A stretch of 64,000 nt of DNA from positions 105,834,001-105,898,000 of the forward strand of contig NC_090330.1 of NCBI RefSeq assembly GCF_035084215.1, in the 5' to 3' direction. Source of the DNA: Heptranchias perlo. Its lineage: Eukaryota. A model generated the notes under the pieces. That model saw only the letters and a program-made list of their open reading frames with translations, searched no databases and was not told the DNA's origin. The position numbers and the translations under genes were made by a program. Positions 12,369 through 24,510 of this stretch are shown piece by piece; position 1 is the stretch's first letter; the number at the start of each line of letters is the position of its first letter.

Positions 12369-13696
12369 GTAGGACAAGTCAGTACTCCCCCCTTCCAGAA
12401 TCACCCTACTTCCAGGCTAAAGTTTAATGCCCAAACAGAATTATTACGACAAAGACTTCTATTTAAATTGCCTCACAAATAATATGTTGGCGACATTTTG
12501 TGTTTACAGTTTCATATCGGAAGTGATTAGGTTGCTATTTCTGGCATAGCGGAATAGCTAATACATCTATGAAAATCTCACCCTTTCTTATCTTCTGTTG
12601 ACCCACATATTTAGAGCCTGTAAGAGGGATTTTTTTTTCTCTAGCAGATATAGAGTAAATGATATGCTCTATACAAGCATGCTTAGACACAGCCACAAAC
12701 AACACCAAAGGAAAAACAATGAATAATGTAAAGATGCAACTAACAAACAAAACCTTGCTCTGTCGCTCTCCAATTTGTACAGGAGTTTTAAATGCATCTG
12801 TGGATCCTTCTCTATTCCCAGACTCCCACTTTTCATGCAGAGGAGTTAATGGGGTTATAATCTCATAATTAAACCAGATAATTTTAATTTCTCCAATGAC
12901 ACTTTATTATGATAATCTTGTTAAGATTGTAGTGTTCATTTGTAGCCACATATTACGATTTGGCTTGCATGGATGTTTTTATAGCTACCAAGCCACTAAA
13001 TAATTAAACAGGCAGGAAAATAGAAGCTGAAAAGACTTGCTGTTTACGAGGAACAAAGTCATTTTTTACCCTGCATGAATCTATTAAGGGACTCAGCCGG
13101 CAAAGACATCGTAGATTTATCGTAAGTCACCAAAGAGAAGATGAAGCTTCATTAACTGAACCTTTAATTTCCAATTTAATGAAGAAACTTTTGTCGATAA
13201 CAAACTTGAATTGTACACCAATTACACAATTTGACAAACAAGTGAAAGAAAACACAAAGTAAATCTCATTAGCCCTAAATGAAATGAATGGAATTGATAC
13301 TTACTTCAAAAGGTAAATGCTTGAATGAAATCTTATGGCAGCTGTCGGCAAACTCTATTGTTCTTTAGCTGGTATTTGGTGTGTGAGGTTTTCTTTATTA
13401 GAAATAAAATATAATAAGCTTGACTTTCAAGGTCTACTGGCTTTTTAAAGCATTTTGACCTACATGTACCCTGTGTTTGTATGTACAGTTGTTCTTTTCT
13501 TAACCTTACATAGCTAAATCATTTTGAACTTTTATTTCAGGAGCATTATATTGCCTTTTAAAATAGATTTTCAAAGAATAAAGTATGATTCAGTTTTGCT
13601 TATGAGTTATTGATCACACCTGACTGCTTAAATGCAGCATGCCTTTATGTCGGGTGCATGAACACTGGAGCTGAATGAGGAGCATAAGGATTTGCC

Positions 13697-14270
13697 TTTG
13701 TAACCTCCATACTCGACTATTCCAATGCTCTCCTGGCCGGCCTCCCACTTTGCACCCTCCGTAAACAGGACCTCATCCAATGCTCTGCTGCCCATTTCTT
13801 AACTCACAGCAAGTCCCGTTCACCCGTCACTCCTGTGTTCACTGACCTACATTGGCTCCCAGTCTGGCGACGTCTCGATTTTCAAATTCTCATCCTTGTG
13901 TTCAAATCCCTCCAAGGCTGCAATCCTCCCTATCCCTTTAGCCTCCTCCAGCCCGACAACCCTCCGAGATCTCTGCGCTCCTCCAATTCTGGCCTCTTGC
14001 GCATCCCCGATTTTAATCACCCCACCATCCCAGGCCATGCCTTAAGCTGCCTAGGCCCTAAGCTCTGGAATTCTCTCCCTAACCTTCTCCGCCTCTCTAC
14101 CTCTCTCTCCTCCTTTAAGATGCTCCTTAAAACCTAACTCTTTGACCAACTGTCCTAATATCTCCTTACGTGGCTCAGTGTCAAATTTTGTTTGATAATC
14201 GCTCCTGTGAAGCGCCTTGGGACATTTTACTACATTAAAGGCGCTATATAAACGCAAGTTGTTGTTGTTT
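13697..14270 (+). mobile_element. L2-clade LINE 3' fragment
   Basis: ORF LHWLPVWRRLDFQILILVFKSL...GPKLWNSLP...FKMLLKT; tail gcgctatataaacgcaagttgttgttgtt. Confidence 0.85.
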
Positions 14271-16021
14271 ATCAACAGATTAAAAACATTGGGATGTCCC
14301 TTTGTTTAGTTGTCAACTAACTGTGACATGTATTGTTGTATGGAGCTGTATGACTAGGAAGGTTTGAGGTTCAAATCTTATGGGGCAATTTTAACCCTGG
14401 CTGCCTGGTAGAAAATCACCCATTGAGACTTACTAGCTGAGGTCCCGATCTTTTCCGATTCCGATTCCGATTATAATCTGCTCTTCTCAGGTCCTTCTTT
14501 GAATGTGCAGAGCAAGCTCCGATGACGTCATTGTGACCTGAATGCTATTTTAACCAGAGGCCTGCGTGGGGAAGCGGTTGTGGCTTCTCCACCGGATCAA
14601 CCTAGCGCAAAGCGGAGTCGGGCCCAAAAAGATAAGTCGTTTTCCTTTTTCCTTACTCTCCTTGTGGAGCCAGGATGAGGAGGAAGAGGAGGAAGAGTGC
14701 TCCTCCTTGCCCCACAAGGAGACTTTAGGCTCCTCTCCCTCTCGTGTGGGCCTCCTGAATCTCTTCCCCGCCACTTACCTGAGTGCCGAGGGTCCGTGCC
14801 TTCAGTCCCTAGCGATGGCCTCTTGCCCTCCATCATTGCGTTCACGATCGCTGGCCAGGGGATGATGTTTCCCACCAATTTCAGGCGGGAGACTGACTAA
14901 GGCTCTGCCGGTGAGGCCTCTGAGTTAAACTCTCCCGGGATGGTTTACCTCCCACCCTGAATCCTACATTGCAATAGTGACTATGTTTCAAAAGTACTTC
15001 ATTGGCTGTAAAGCGCTTTGGGACGTCCTGAGGTTGTGAATGACGCTGTATAATTTCAAGATCTTTCTTTCTTTCTTTAGTCTCTGTTGAGTTGGCTGAC
15101 CACTGCCAAAGAAGTGGTGAGGGGGCTATAACCGACTTCAGTATTCTCAAGTTAAACTGGCCGTGATTCCTGATACTGATCACATCCAGTGTGTCCCACT
15201 TACAATTAGGCTCACTGTGGAGAATCTGAATGGTTTGGATCCTTGACTTTGATCTTCAAATAGTGTCTTTGATCTTGGATCAGACTGACCCCTTTATTTA
15301 ATTAGCAGATTTGTTTTCTTTAAGCAAAAGATCTGAGTCATTGTACTGTGAAGACATTGATCCAATTATCTAACAACCAATTTGACATATACATGCAAAT
15401 TGTTTAGACACCTCCTTTATATGTCTACTAAATTGAAGGGAAGTTTGCCAAGTGTGGTTAAATGCACTTATACTTGCAGCATTGTTTTGATTTCTTTTGA
15501 CAACGTTAAGTGGAAAATTGTGTTTAATTTTATCTGGGACAGCAAATGGTTTTCTCCCAGAAGTGTTGATTTTAGGCAGTTAAAGAGTTAAAAAGCAGAC
15601 ATAAGAGTACAGTTCTTCTGAATCCTGGTTTATATAAAAAAAATGTGTTAGGTGATGATGGGGCTGCTGACAGAGCAGTAATGTGAAAGATAGCAGCAGG
15701 CAGATTAAGTCTGCCCCAATTTATACCCGAAACATCATTTTGGACAGCCAGGAGAGCGGGATATCATATAAACATGTCAAAATTGATGTTTAGTGTAAAA
15801 ACGGCAGTGGACTCCCATCTGTCTCCCACCGTCTTTGCCATTACTGAACCAGTAGCTCTCTCAGCTGCCACATCATATCATAATGAATTCTTGTAAACAG
15901 GAATTTTATCCTACATGATAGGAATTCATGGTGGCGTATAACTTTAAAAACTGAGAGGTAACAAGGGACTGGAGAGCCAGATCGGCTTACTACTGATGTT
16001 TGGAAATAAAATCTCACTTAC

Positions 16022-16545
16022 TTGAGCACCACACTTGGGAAGGATGACAAGGCCTTAGAGATGGTGCAGAAGAGATTTACTAGAATGGTACCAGGGATGA
16101 GGGACTTCAGTTATGTGGAGAGAGTGGAGAAGCTGGGGGCTATTCTCCTTAGAACAGAGACGGCTAAGGGGAGATTTGATAGAGGTATTCAAAATCATGA
16201 ACGGCTTTGACAGAGTAAATAAGGCAAAACTGTTTCCAGTGGCAGATGAGTCGGTAACCAGAGGACACAGATTCAAGGTGATCGGCAAAATAGCCAGAGG
16301 CGACATGAGGAAACATTTTTTCTTGCAGCAAGTTGTAACGGTCTGGAATGCGCTGCCTGAAAGGGTGGTGGAAGCAGATTCAGTAGTAACATTCAAAAGG
16401 GAATTGGATATATACTTGAAGGGAAAATATTTACAGGGCTAGGGGAAAGGGCAGGGGAATGGAACTAATTGGATAGCTCTTTCAAAGAGCCGGCACGGGC
16501 ACGATGGGCCGAAAGGCCTTCTCCTGTCCTGTGCCTACTATGATA
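16022..16545 (+). mobile_element. CR1 LINE 3' fragment
   Basis: ORF GLFSLEQRRLRGDLIEVFKIMNGFDRV...WNALP. Confidence 0.9.
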
Positions 16546-16658
16546 CTTTGGCTCTTTTGCTGAGGTTCATATTTTCACTTGAAATATTAAGATTCTACCT
16601 ATGTAGAGGTCACTGTGTGCAGTGAAACCATAAACGCATTCTTTTTTAAATACATTGA

Positions 16659-16862
16659 CATAAGAACATAAGAAATAGGAGCAGGAGTAGGCCAATCGGC
16701 CCCTCGAGCCTGCTCCGCCATTCAATAAGATCATGGCTGATCTGATCCTAACCTCAAATCTAAATTCATGTCCAATTTCCTGCCCGCTCCCCGTAACCCC
16801 TAATTCCCTTTACTTCTAGGAAACTGTCGATTTCTGTTTTAAATTTATTTAATGATGTAGCT
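16659..16862 (-). mobile_element. CR1 3' UTR fragment
   Basis: cataagaacataagaaataggagcaggagtaggcc terminal repeat and hairpin. Confidence 0.8.
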
Positions 16863-16920
16863 AACAGATCACCCGTGGCATTGCTCGGAGTGAGTCAGGT
16901 GGTTCTCTGTTTTAAAACAA

Positions 16921-17517
16921 ATGTAAGGACTTGCACAACACCAGGTTATAGTCCAACAGTTTTATTTGAAATCACAAGCTTTCGGAGCTTACCTCCTTCA
17001 TCAGGTGAGTGAAGGGTTCTAAAAACGCAAAGCATATATAGTCAGAGAACAATGCCTGGTGATTACAGATAATCTTTCCAACTGCCCCCTATCACACCTC
17101 GGCTGGGAGATGATCACAGCAATCAAAGGAGTCGTTGGTGTTCAGACAGGTTAGCCACGGAAAACATTACATCCCAGAATACTGAATACACAATGGGTCA
17201 GATCACAAAGACAGAGAGAGAAAGAGACCCAAAAGGCAGAGCGAGAGAGAGAGAATGACCAGTTGTATTAAAAACAGATAACTTTTTTTCGCTGGTGGGG
17301 TTACATGTAGCGTGACATGAACCCAAGATCCCGGTTGAGGCTGACTTCATGGGTGCGGACTATATATGCTATGCGTTTTTAGAACCTTTCACTCACCTGA
17401 CGAAAGAGGTAAGCTCCGAAAGCTTGTGATTTCAAATAAAACTGTTGGACTATAACCTGGTGTTGTGCAAGTCCTTACATTTGTCCACCCCAGTCCATCA
17501 CCGGCATCTCCACATCA
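16921..17517. mobile_element. Penelope-like element with inverted pseudo-LTRs, two hammerheads and a GIY-YIG remnant
   Basis: 127-bp inverted arms 16917-17043 and 17358-17484; hammerheads at 16972-17008 (-) and 17393-17429 (+); RTHEVSLNRDLGFMSRYM* at 17301-17357 (-); 13-bp TSD with 1 mismatch at 16908-16920 and 17518-17530. Confidence 0.9.
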
Positions 17518-17812
17518 TGTGTTAAAACAATAGAAGCAAAGTGTGACAAAGGAAAGAAAGAACTTACATTTATATAGGGTCTTTCATGACCTCAGGACGT
17601 TCCAAAACGCTTTACAGCTAATGAAAATTATTTGAAATGTAGTCACTGTTCGAATGTAGGAATTTAAAAAGGCATTGTGATGTGGAAAGTGCCATGGGAA
17701 GTAAGTGTGACACTTACAGAAGTACATGCTGTATGCAAGACTTTTAATATATTACAGATTTACGATGACATTGCACACAGTCATCAGGCAAGCTTTCCAT
17801 CACTGACATGTT

Positions 17813-17986
17813 GGGGTAGATTTTATTTTTCACCATCCGGCAGAAAACTGGCAGTAGCATATCCGCTGCCCATTATATACCCAAACTTAAATGGAAAGGA
17901 CAATCGGGGGAGAGTTGGAGTGGGTGTGTATAATGGGCGGCTGATCCATTACTTTGTGTTCAGTGTTGAAAGTTAAAACCCAGCCC
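17813..17986. mobile_element. Small palindromic MITE
   Basis: Ends ggggtagatttta / taaaacccagccc; inner inverted pair gctgcccattatataccca / tgggtgtgtataatgggcggc. Confidence 0.55.
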
Positions 17987-18220
17987 ATTATTTCATTTAA
18001 AGTGTATTTAAGCAGCACAGAGATATTCCCAATTATTAGTGCTAAATTGCATTACAATCGTGAATGACCTGATTTGGACTAGTTCAGATTGACTTTTCAA
18101 ATACCTGAAGTTCATACGCTCAGGTTTGGCCGTGACTTTAAAAGAAGTTGCGGATAATATATGTCGATGTTTTCTGTATCCTGCCATGGTTCCTGTCTGA
18201 TATCCAGCCCTTGACTTTCC

Positions 18221-18347
18221 ACTCACCTGACGAAGGAGGAAGCCTCCGAAAGCTCGTGATTTCAAATAAAACTGTTGGACTATAACCTGGTGTTGTAAGA
18301 CTCCTTACATTTGTCCACCCCAGTCCATCACCGGCATCTCCACATCA
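18221..18347 (+). mobile_element. Solo Penelope pseudo-LTR unit with hammerhead (18223-18259)
   Basis: TCAC-CTGACGA-A-GGAGG aag CCTCC-GAAA-GCTC-GTGA followed by family body and tail; no clear TSD. Confidence 0.85.
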
Positions 18348-19369
18348 TTTCTAATGTGAGGCAGCTGCTCTTTACTGTTCTCGCAGTGTTGCAGGATGGA
18401 AGGGGTCTGCTAGTTTACTGGAAGTCCTCAATCCCCTGGCGTTCCATTGTGGAGAACATCCAAAGCCGCTGGTTTTGTGTGGAGTACTAGGCCCTTGGCC
18501 ATCTCCAGATAGGTTATTGGATCTTTGACGGTCTAATTGTGGTGCTTTTTGTCCCCTGATAACATCACGGAGAAGATGCTTCTGTATCTCCTTACAGTCT
18601 TCACAGGAATGCAGAAGCCTGTGTTTATTTAGGATTATGCTTTTGCTTCATGATTACTTAGAGATAAGAAATCCAAAGGCTGAGCCAAAAAAACACTGTG
18701 CTGCTTCCTACAAACGCTAAATTGGCTGGAGAAAAAATGCATTTGTTCCAATAATGATTTTTGTTGTTAGTTATAATCTTCAATCAAATGGGTGAGAATT
18801 ATTGACCAGTAACTATGTAACTATGACGCTTCAAAAACATAACTTTCAATTTCACATCATGTTCGCCTCATCCAAACAGAAAAGACTGCAGTGTTTGCAA
18901 TACATTGAATAAATGAGCATCACTGTAACACTTCACTTTCACCCTTTTAACAGCTCACAAATCTCGTCTCAGGCACTTAGAGTAAATTTGCACTGTAACT
19001 ACCTAACTGTTTACAAAGATGGGAACGGATCAAAGCAGAATGTTCCACATTAGCCGTTGAGTGTTTTAGGATAGAATGAAAGCAAGATTTCTGAAAGAGA
19101 AATAGACGTTTTAAATAACAGTATTTAGGACAGGCCAGACTCCTCTACAAGCTAAGATTGGACCATGTTCTTGACTGACATTCCCACCTACATTTCATCC
19201 AGAACGTCAGTTTCACAGGGTTTGAACCATCTCGGGAAGGAGACAGAATTGGTGTCGGAAGGATATCCCGTCCTATACCACTCAAATGCCTTTCCTTGTG
19301 GATCTGGAGGTTCCACTGACTGCATTTGTTGAACTGACTGCGAGCTTGGAACATTTTACCCTCTTGACT

Positions 19370-20020
19370 ACAACAACTTCTATCAATATAGTGCCGTTAA
19401 CGTAGTAAAACATCCCAAGGCGCTTCACAGCAGCGTTATCAAACAAAATTTGATATTGAGCTACATAAGGAGTTATTAGGACAGGTGACAAAAAGTATGG
19501 TGTGGAGATGCCGGTGATGGACTGGGGTTGACAATTGTAAACAATTTTACAACACCAAGTTATAGTCCAACAATTTTATTTGAAAATCACAAGCTTTCGG
19601 AGGCTTCCTCCTTCCTCAGGTGAATGTGAAAGTATGGTGAAAGTGGTAGATTATAAGGCGGGTCATAAAGGAGGAGAGAGAGGTGGAGAGGTTTAAGGAG
19701 GGAATTCCAGAGCTTAGGGCCTAGGCAGCTGAAGGCACGGCCGCCAATGGTGTGGCGATGAAAATTGGGGATGCGCAAGAGGCTAGAATTGGAGGAGCGC
19801 AGAGATCTCGGAGGGTTGTAGGGCTGGAGGAGGTTACAGAGATAGAGAGGGGTGAGGCCATGAAGGGATTTGAAAACAAGGATGAGAATTTTAAAATAGA
19901 GGCATTGCTGGACCGGGAGTCAATGTAGGCCAGTGAGCACAGGGGTGATGGGTGAACGGGACTTGGTGTGAATTAGGATTCAGGCAGCAGAGTTTTGGAT
20001 GAGCTCAAGTTTACAGAGGG
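19370..20020 (-). mobile_element. L2-clade LINE 3' fragment interrupted by a Penelope unit
   Basis: ORF RIPNFHRHTIGGRAFSCLGPKLWNSL; caacaac tail. Confidence 0.85.
19501..19628 (-). mobile_element. Solo Penelope pseudo-LTR unit with hammerhead (19587-19623)
   Basis: TSD aaagtatggtg at 19492-19502 and 19629-19639; core CTGAGGA...GAAA-GCTT-GTGA on the minus strand. Confidence 0.88.
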
Positions 20021-22638
20021 AAAGATAAGCTAATTGCAGCCACGAATTCAGGGGAGAATTGATAAAATGTAGAGATCAGATTGTTTTTAAACTTTCCAGC
20101 AGTTAAATGTGGGGTTTGACACAACTCTTTGTGCAGTCAAATCCAAAAGAGGTTCTGCAGCTTTATTGCTGATGTACCCTGCTGACCAAGACTCATTATA
20201 ACCAACGAGAGCTATCAGTCTCAATATGCTTTCTGTTGAAAGAATCTTCCAATCCTTACATTTTTCTGTCTTCCAATTGGTGAGATAGATTGAAAGTTCG
20301 ACTTCAACCATGGGTTCCCTTCTAATGTGTCACTTTATTATCAGGTGGATCTCACAACAACAACAACAATAACAACAACAACTCCCATTTATATAGCGCC
20401 TTTAACGTAGACACAGATACATTTTTTGGCTCAAGTCAATTATGAATGAAAATCAATGTGAGATTGTGCGAATTAGAACCAGAATGCTGCAAAGTGCATC
20501 CATGGATTCAGCAACGATGCCAGGGAGCGAAAAATTAATGTTCACATAATTTATTAACTGCAGAATTAGCAATGCTGTAATGTAAATGAAGGCAATTACT
20601 GGTAATTAGGACAGTTGTCAATTGTGCAAACTCTGCCTGATTTGTATTTTTCTGGTAATTAATTAATCCCAGATAATAACACAATAACATTGTCTATCAT
20701 TTTTCTGTGGTGATAATTCCCATGTGTTGGCTGGAGATCTAAATACGCGACCATATTGATCATCCAAATGATCATTTGCGCAGCGATAATTGGAAGATTT
20801 GCCCTTCATTATCTGAATGCTCTTTACTGGCACCTTTTCCTTTGCTTCATACTGTGCACCCGTCTGTGCTAAGTTTTCAAAATTGCCTCAAAAGAATAGA
20901 ACTGTTATAATCAGCAGTAATCCGTAGGAAGAAATCATTGTGCAAAATCCCGGCAGCTTTTCCCTTTGTTCAATAATGCACTTGTTGTGTTAAACGTGAT
21001 TAAAATTGCTGTACTTTTTTTTTGGTTTCGTTTCACATTTCAGAGTATAAAAGATACATGTGTCTTGTGACCTATCGATAGCTATGATATGCAGGGGGTG
21101 AATCGGGCAATTGCAAATTGCCAGCCCTCTTTACTCTTTGCCTGATTTCCGTTACCATTGACTAGGAATCAAGAGTGGGAACTGTGGCTGATTTTTCCCA
21201 TCCCCAGCTCAGGATGTTGAGGGTAATTACAGTGGCTGGCTGAGATCATATCAAATTCAGCACAGACCAAGAATAAACCTGGGACCGCCCTTAGCTTGTA
21301 TGGTTCAGTTACACAGTGAGCAGTACATTAACTAACTGAGCTGTTGGAGCAGCTTAACACACTCAACTGGCTTACAACACTTTTGTATGCATTGCATTCT
21401 GTTCCTCAGACTTGCATTTCTATCAGCTGAAAATAAAATAGGTTTTTGTTGCAGAACTTACACCGCAGGTCTGTCAGGATCTGAAGATAAACAACAGATT
21501 AATGACTCGGTTGTAGATCCTTTGTCAGAGTTGGAAGCTGGAAGATAAGCAAGCTCATTAATAGGAATAAACAAAAAGCAAGCTTCAGGATCATATCTCG
21601 TTTTTCTCCAGACACTCTGTGTATTTTATGGGCTGTAAAGCGCTTTGGAACACCTTGACGTCGTGAAAGGCACTATATAAATGCAAGATTTTTCTTTCTT
21701 AATTGATAGAATTCTCAGCTTTTATTTCATATTTTTGCAGCTATTGCTTGCAGTCCACCTGGGCTGGCAACAAAAGTATACAACACGAGGCAGTGAGGAG
21801 AAAATATACCAGTGCGTCTGATAGGAGAAGCAGTTAATACATGATTAATAGTTAGCACTGCATGCGGAAATCTGGTCCTAGCTCATGAACGTGGCATCTT
21901 TATCTGCACAAAAAAAGCTGCCTGTTGGAGTGCTATAGGAGCCCCATTAAGCTGCTGAGTGCAATGGTCTTGTGTAATGCCATGAACTGTACCCGTCTGA
22001 GCCTGAAGTGGGAATTAGTTTCTGAAAGGAATATTCATCCACAAGGAGAGCAGCCATTAATTTTGGATGAACTCAGAAATTGAGCAAGCTTCGTGGGGGC
22101 TTTAATTAGAAACGCTAAGATGGTTTCCTCTGGATGCTCAATGAGACATGCATATGGTTTAAATGTGTTAATCCTGCAACTGAACAAATGCATTAAATCA
22201 TCCTTTACTCAGACACAGGGAATAAGAGGACATTTTGTAACATGTTCCCAATGCAGTTGTATTAATAGTCAAGTAACTATAAAGAATGATGCTCTCATTT
22301 CATTCAGTTACATACTGAATGAAACGTGCCTGTCAAGACCTTAGGGGTTTGTAGTTACCAGTGTCCCTGCTGGGAATTTTCAAAGTCGAGTTCAATCATT
22401 TAAAGGGACAGTGTTACAAAATGAGGGGTGCAAGTTCCTATCATGACCAAAATCAACTTGCTCTGCAAACGTAGCAACACGCACTACTGCGGCAAGTTTA
22501 TGTTGCAACACAGATTGTGTTTGCTGTAACGGAAACGTTTCCAGTGTAGTTTTATTATTATTTTCTCAATTTTTGTATTCATTAGGACTGCCAAGGAAGG
22601 GAACTTTCTTTCCACTTTGCAACCAGTGTCAGCACTGT

Positions 22639-22966
22639 CCTTGAGAAGGTGATGGCGGGCCACCTTCTTGAACTGCGTGAAGCAGTTTGATACAACTGAG
22701 TGGTTTGCTCGGGCCGTTAAGTGTCAACCATGTTGGCGTGGGACTGGAACCATACGTAGACATTCGTGAACCAGTTGGGTTTTAATGACAATCTGACAGC
22801 TTCATGTTCACTTTTACTGATACCGGCATTTTCTTTCCAGATTTTTTAAACTGAATTCAAGTGCTTAAACTGCCACGAAGGCGATTTGATCTCACATCCT
22901 CCAGATTATTAGTCCAGGCCTCTGTATTACTAGCCCAGTAACATAACCACTACACCGCTGTGCCCC
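22639..22966 (-). mobile_element. tRNA-headed SINE-like deletion derivative of the LINE at 51722-55183
   Basis: 5' part aligns to the LINE 5' UTR (tagtggttatgttactgggctagtaat...ccactcagttgta) and joins the LINE 3' end (ttcaagaaggtggcccgccatcaccttctc). Confidence 0.8.
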
Positions 22967-23467
22967 TGGATGCACAGTGGTGCTGCAGCTGTTGGAGGAA
23001 GCCAGAGTGCCCTATGTATGTAATCTGTTACACTCACCTTAAATCTCCTCACCAGCAGAATTGCGAGACTTGCAGTGACAAGTAGATAGAGCAGTTCCAT
23101 TGTGCAGCATGACACCACAATTCTAGGACAATATGTCAGACTTCAACTGTTGCCTTTGAGATGAGACAGTTCTACTTCAATGTTGAACCACTGAGTCTTG
23201 GTGATATAGGAACAATTGAATTCAATCTGTGAGGTCCATAAATTTGGTGCAAAAATCCTAATATGGTTCTGACATAAACTTCTTTTGCAATACTCCATCA
23301 ATGTGCTTTAGCCACCATCTTAAAGAAGTTCTAAATACGGAAATGTGATACTTCCATTTCATGCGCATCACCCTATGGCTCCTGAGTGAGAAGAGAAATT
23401 TTGTAATAATTATTGCTGAACTATGGGAGGTCTTGTAATATGGGCCCACACCATTATGTATCTGAGA

Positions 23468-23855
23468 GCATAAGAAATAGGAGCAGGAGTAGGCCATACG
23501 GCCCCTCAAGCCTTCTCCGCCATTCAATAAGATCATGGCTGATCTTCAACCTCAACTCCACTTTCTCACCCGATCCCCATATCCCTTGAATGCCTTAGAA
23601 TCCAAAAATCTATCGATCTCAGTCTTGAATATACTCAACGACTAAGCATCCACAGCCCTCTGGGGTAGAGAATTCCAAAGATTAACAACCCCCTGAGTGA
23701 AGAAATTTCTCCTCATCTCAGTCTTAAATGGCCAACCCCATTATCTTGAGACTATGCCCCCTAATTCTAGACTCTCCAGCCAAGGGAAACAGCCTCTCAG
23801 CATCTACCCGGTAAAGCCATTTCAGAATCTTATATGGTTCAATGAGATCACCTCT
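23468..23855 (-). mobile_element. CR1 LINE 3' fragment
   Basis: LRGDLIEPYKIL...RLFPLAGESRIRGHSLKI and CR1 3' UTR. Confidence 0.85.
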
Positions 23856-23869
23856 CAAACTCTTTTTGG

Positions 23870-24510
23870 AGTTAAACCAAGGCCCCACTGCCCTCCAAAG
23901 TGGATGTAAAAGATCCCATTGCACTATTTCGAAGAAGAGCATGGGTGTTTCTCCCCGGTATCCTGGCCAATATTTATCCCTCAACCAATATCACCAAAAC
24001 AGATGATTTGGTCATTATCACATTGCAGTTTGTGGGACTTTGCTCTGCGCAAATTGGCTGCCACGTTTCCAGCATTACAACAGTGACTACGCTTCAAAAG
24101 TAGTTAATTGGCTGAAAGGGACATCCAGAGGTTGTGAAAGGTGCTATATAAATTCAGTGCCGTGCTGAGGGAGCGCTGCATTCTCAGAGAGGCTGTCTTT
24201 TGAATGAGACAATGGACTGAGGCCTTTTCATTCTCAGGTGGATGTGAAAAATCCCATGGTACAATTTGAAGATGAAGAGGGAGTTCTCCCAATGGCCTGG
24301 TTGACATTCTTCCCTCAACCAGCAGCAACAAAAACTGATTATCTGATCACCCATCCATTTGCTGTTTGCGTGACCTTGCTGCGTGAAGATCGGCTGTCGT
24401 GTTTGCCTACATAACAACAGTGACTGCATTTCAAAAGTAATCCATTCATTGTAAAAGTGCTTCAGGACAGCCTGAGAAACTAAATGTACTTTTTAATGCA
24501 AGCTATTTTT
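23870..24510 (+). mobile_element. Two tandem Deu-domain SINE fragments
   Basis: Two Deu cores (tggatgtaaaagatcccattgcactatttcgaagaagagca and a diverged copy), each followed by an L2-like tail. Confidence 0.75.

Noticed and set aside
13300-13370. Other minus-strand gtaagt donors as exons (also ~46130-46180)
   Set aside because: Weak acceptors and no recognisable peptide.
1263-19623. Recurring ~37-nt motif as a CRISPR array
   Set aside because: Copies are dispersed, on both strands, TSD-flanked and linked to a GIY-YIG remnant; there are no regular spacers or cas genes.
20420-21000. TAAT-rich unique block as a conserved enhancer (also ~62900-63560)
   Set aside because: Cannot be supported without cross-species alignment; AT-richness alone explains the motifs.
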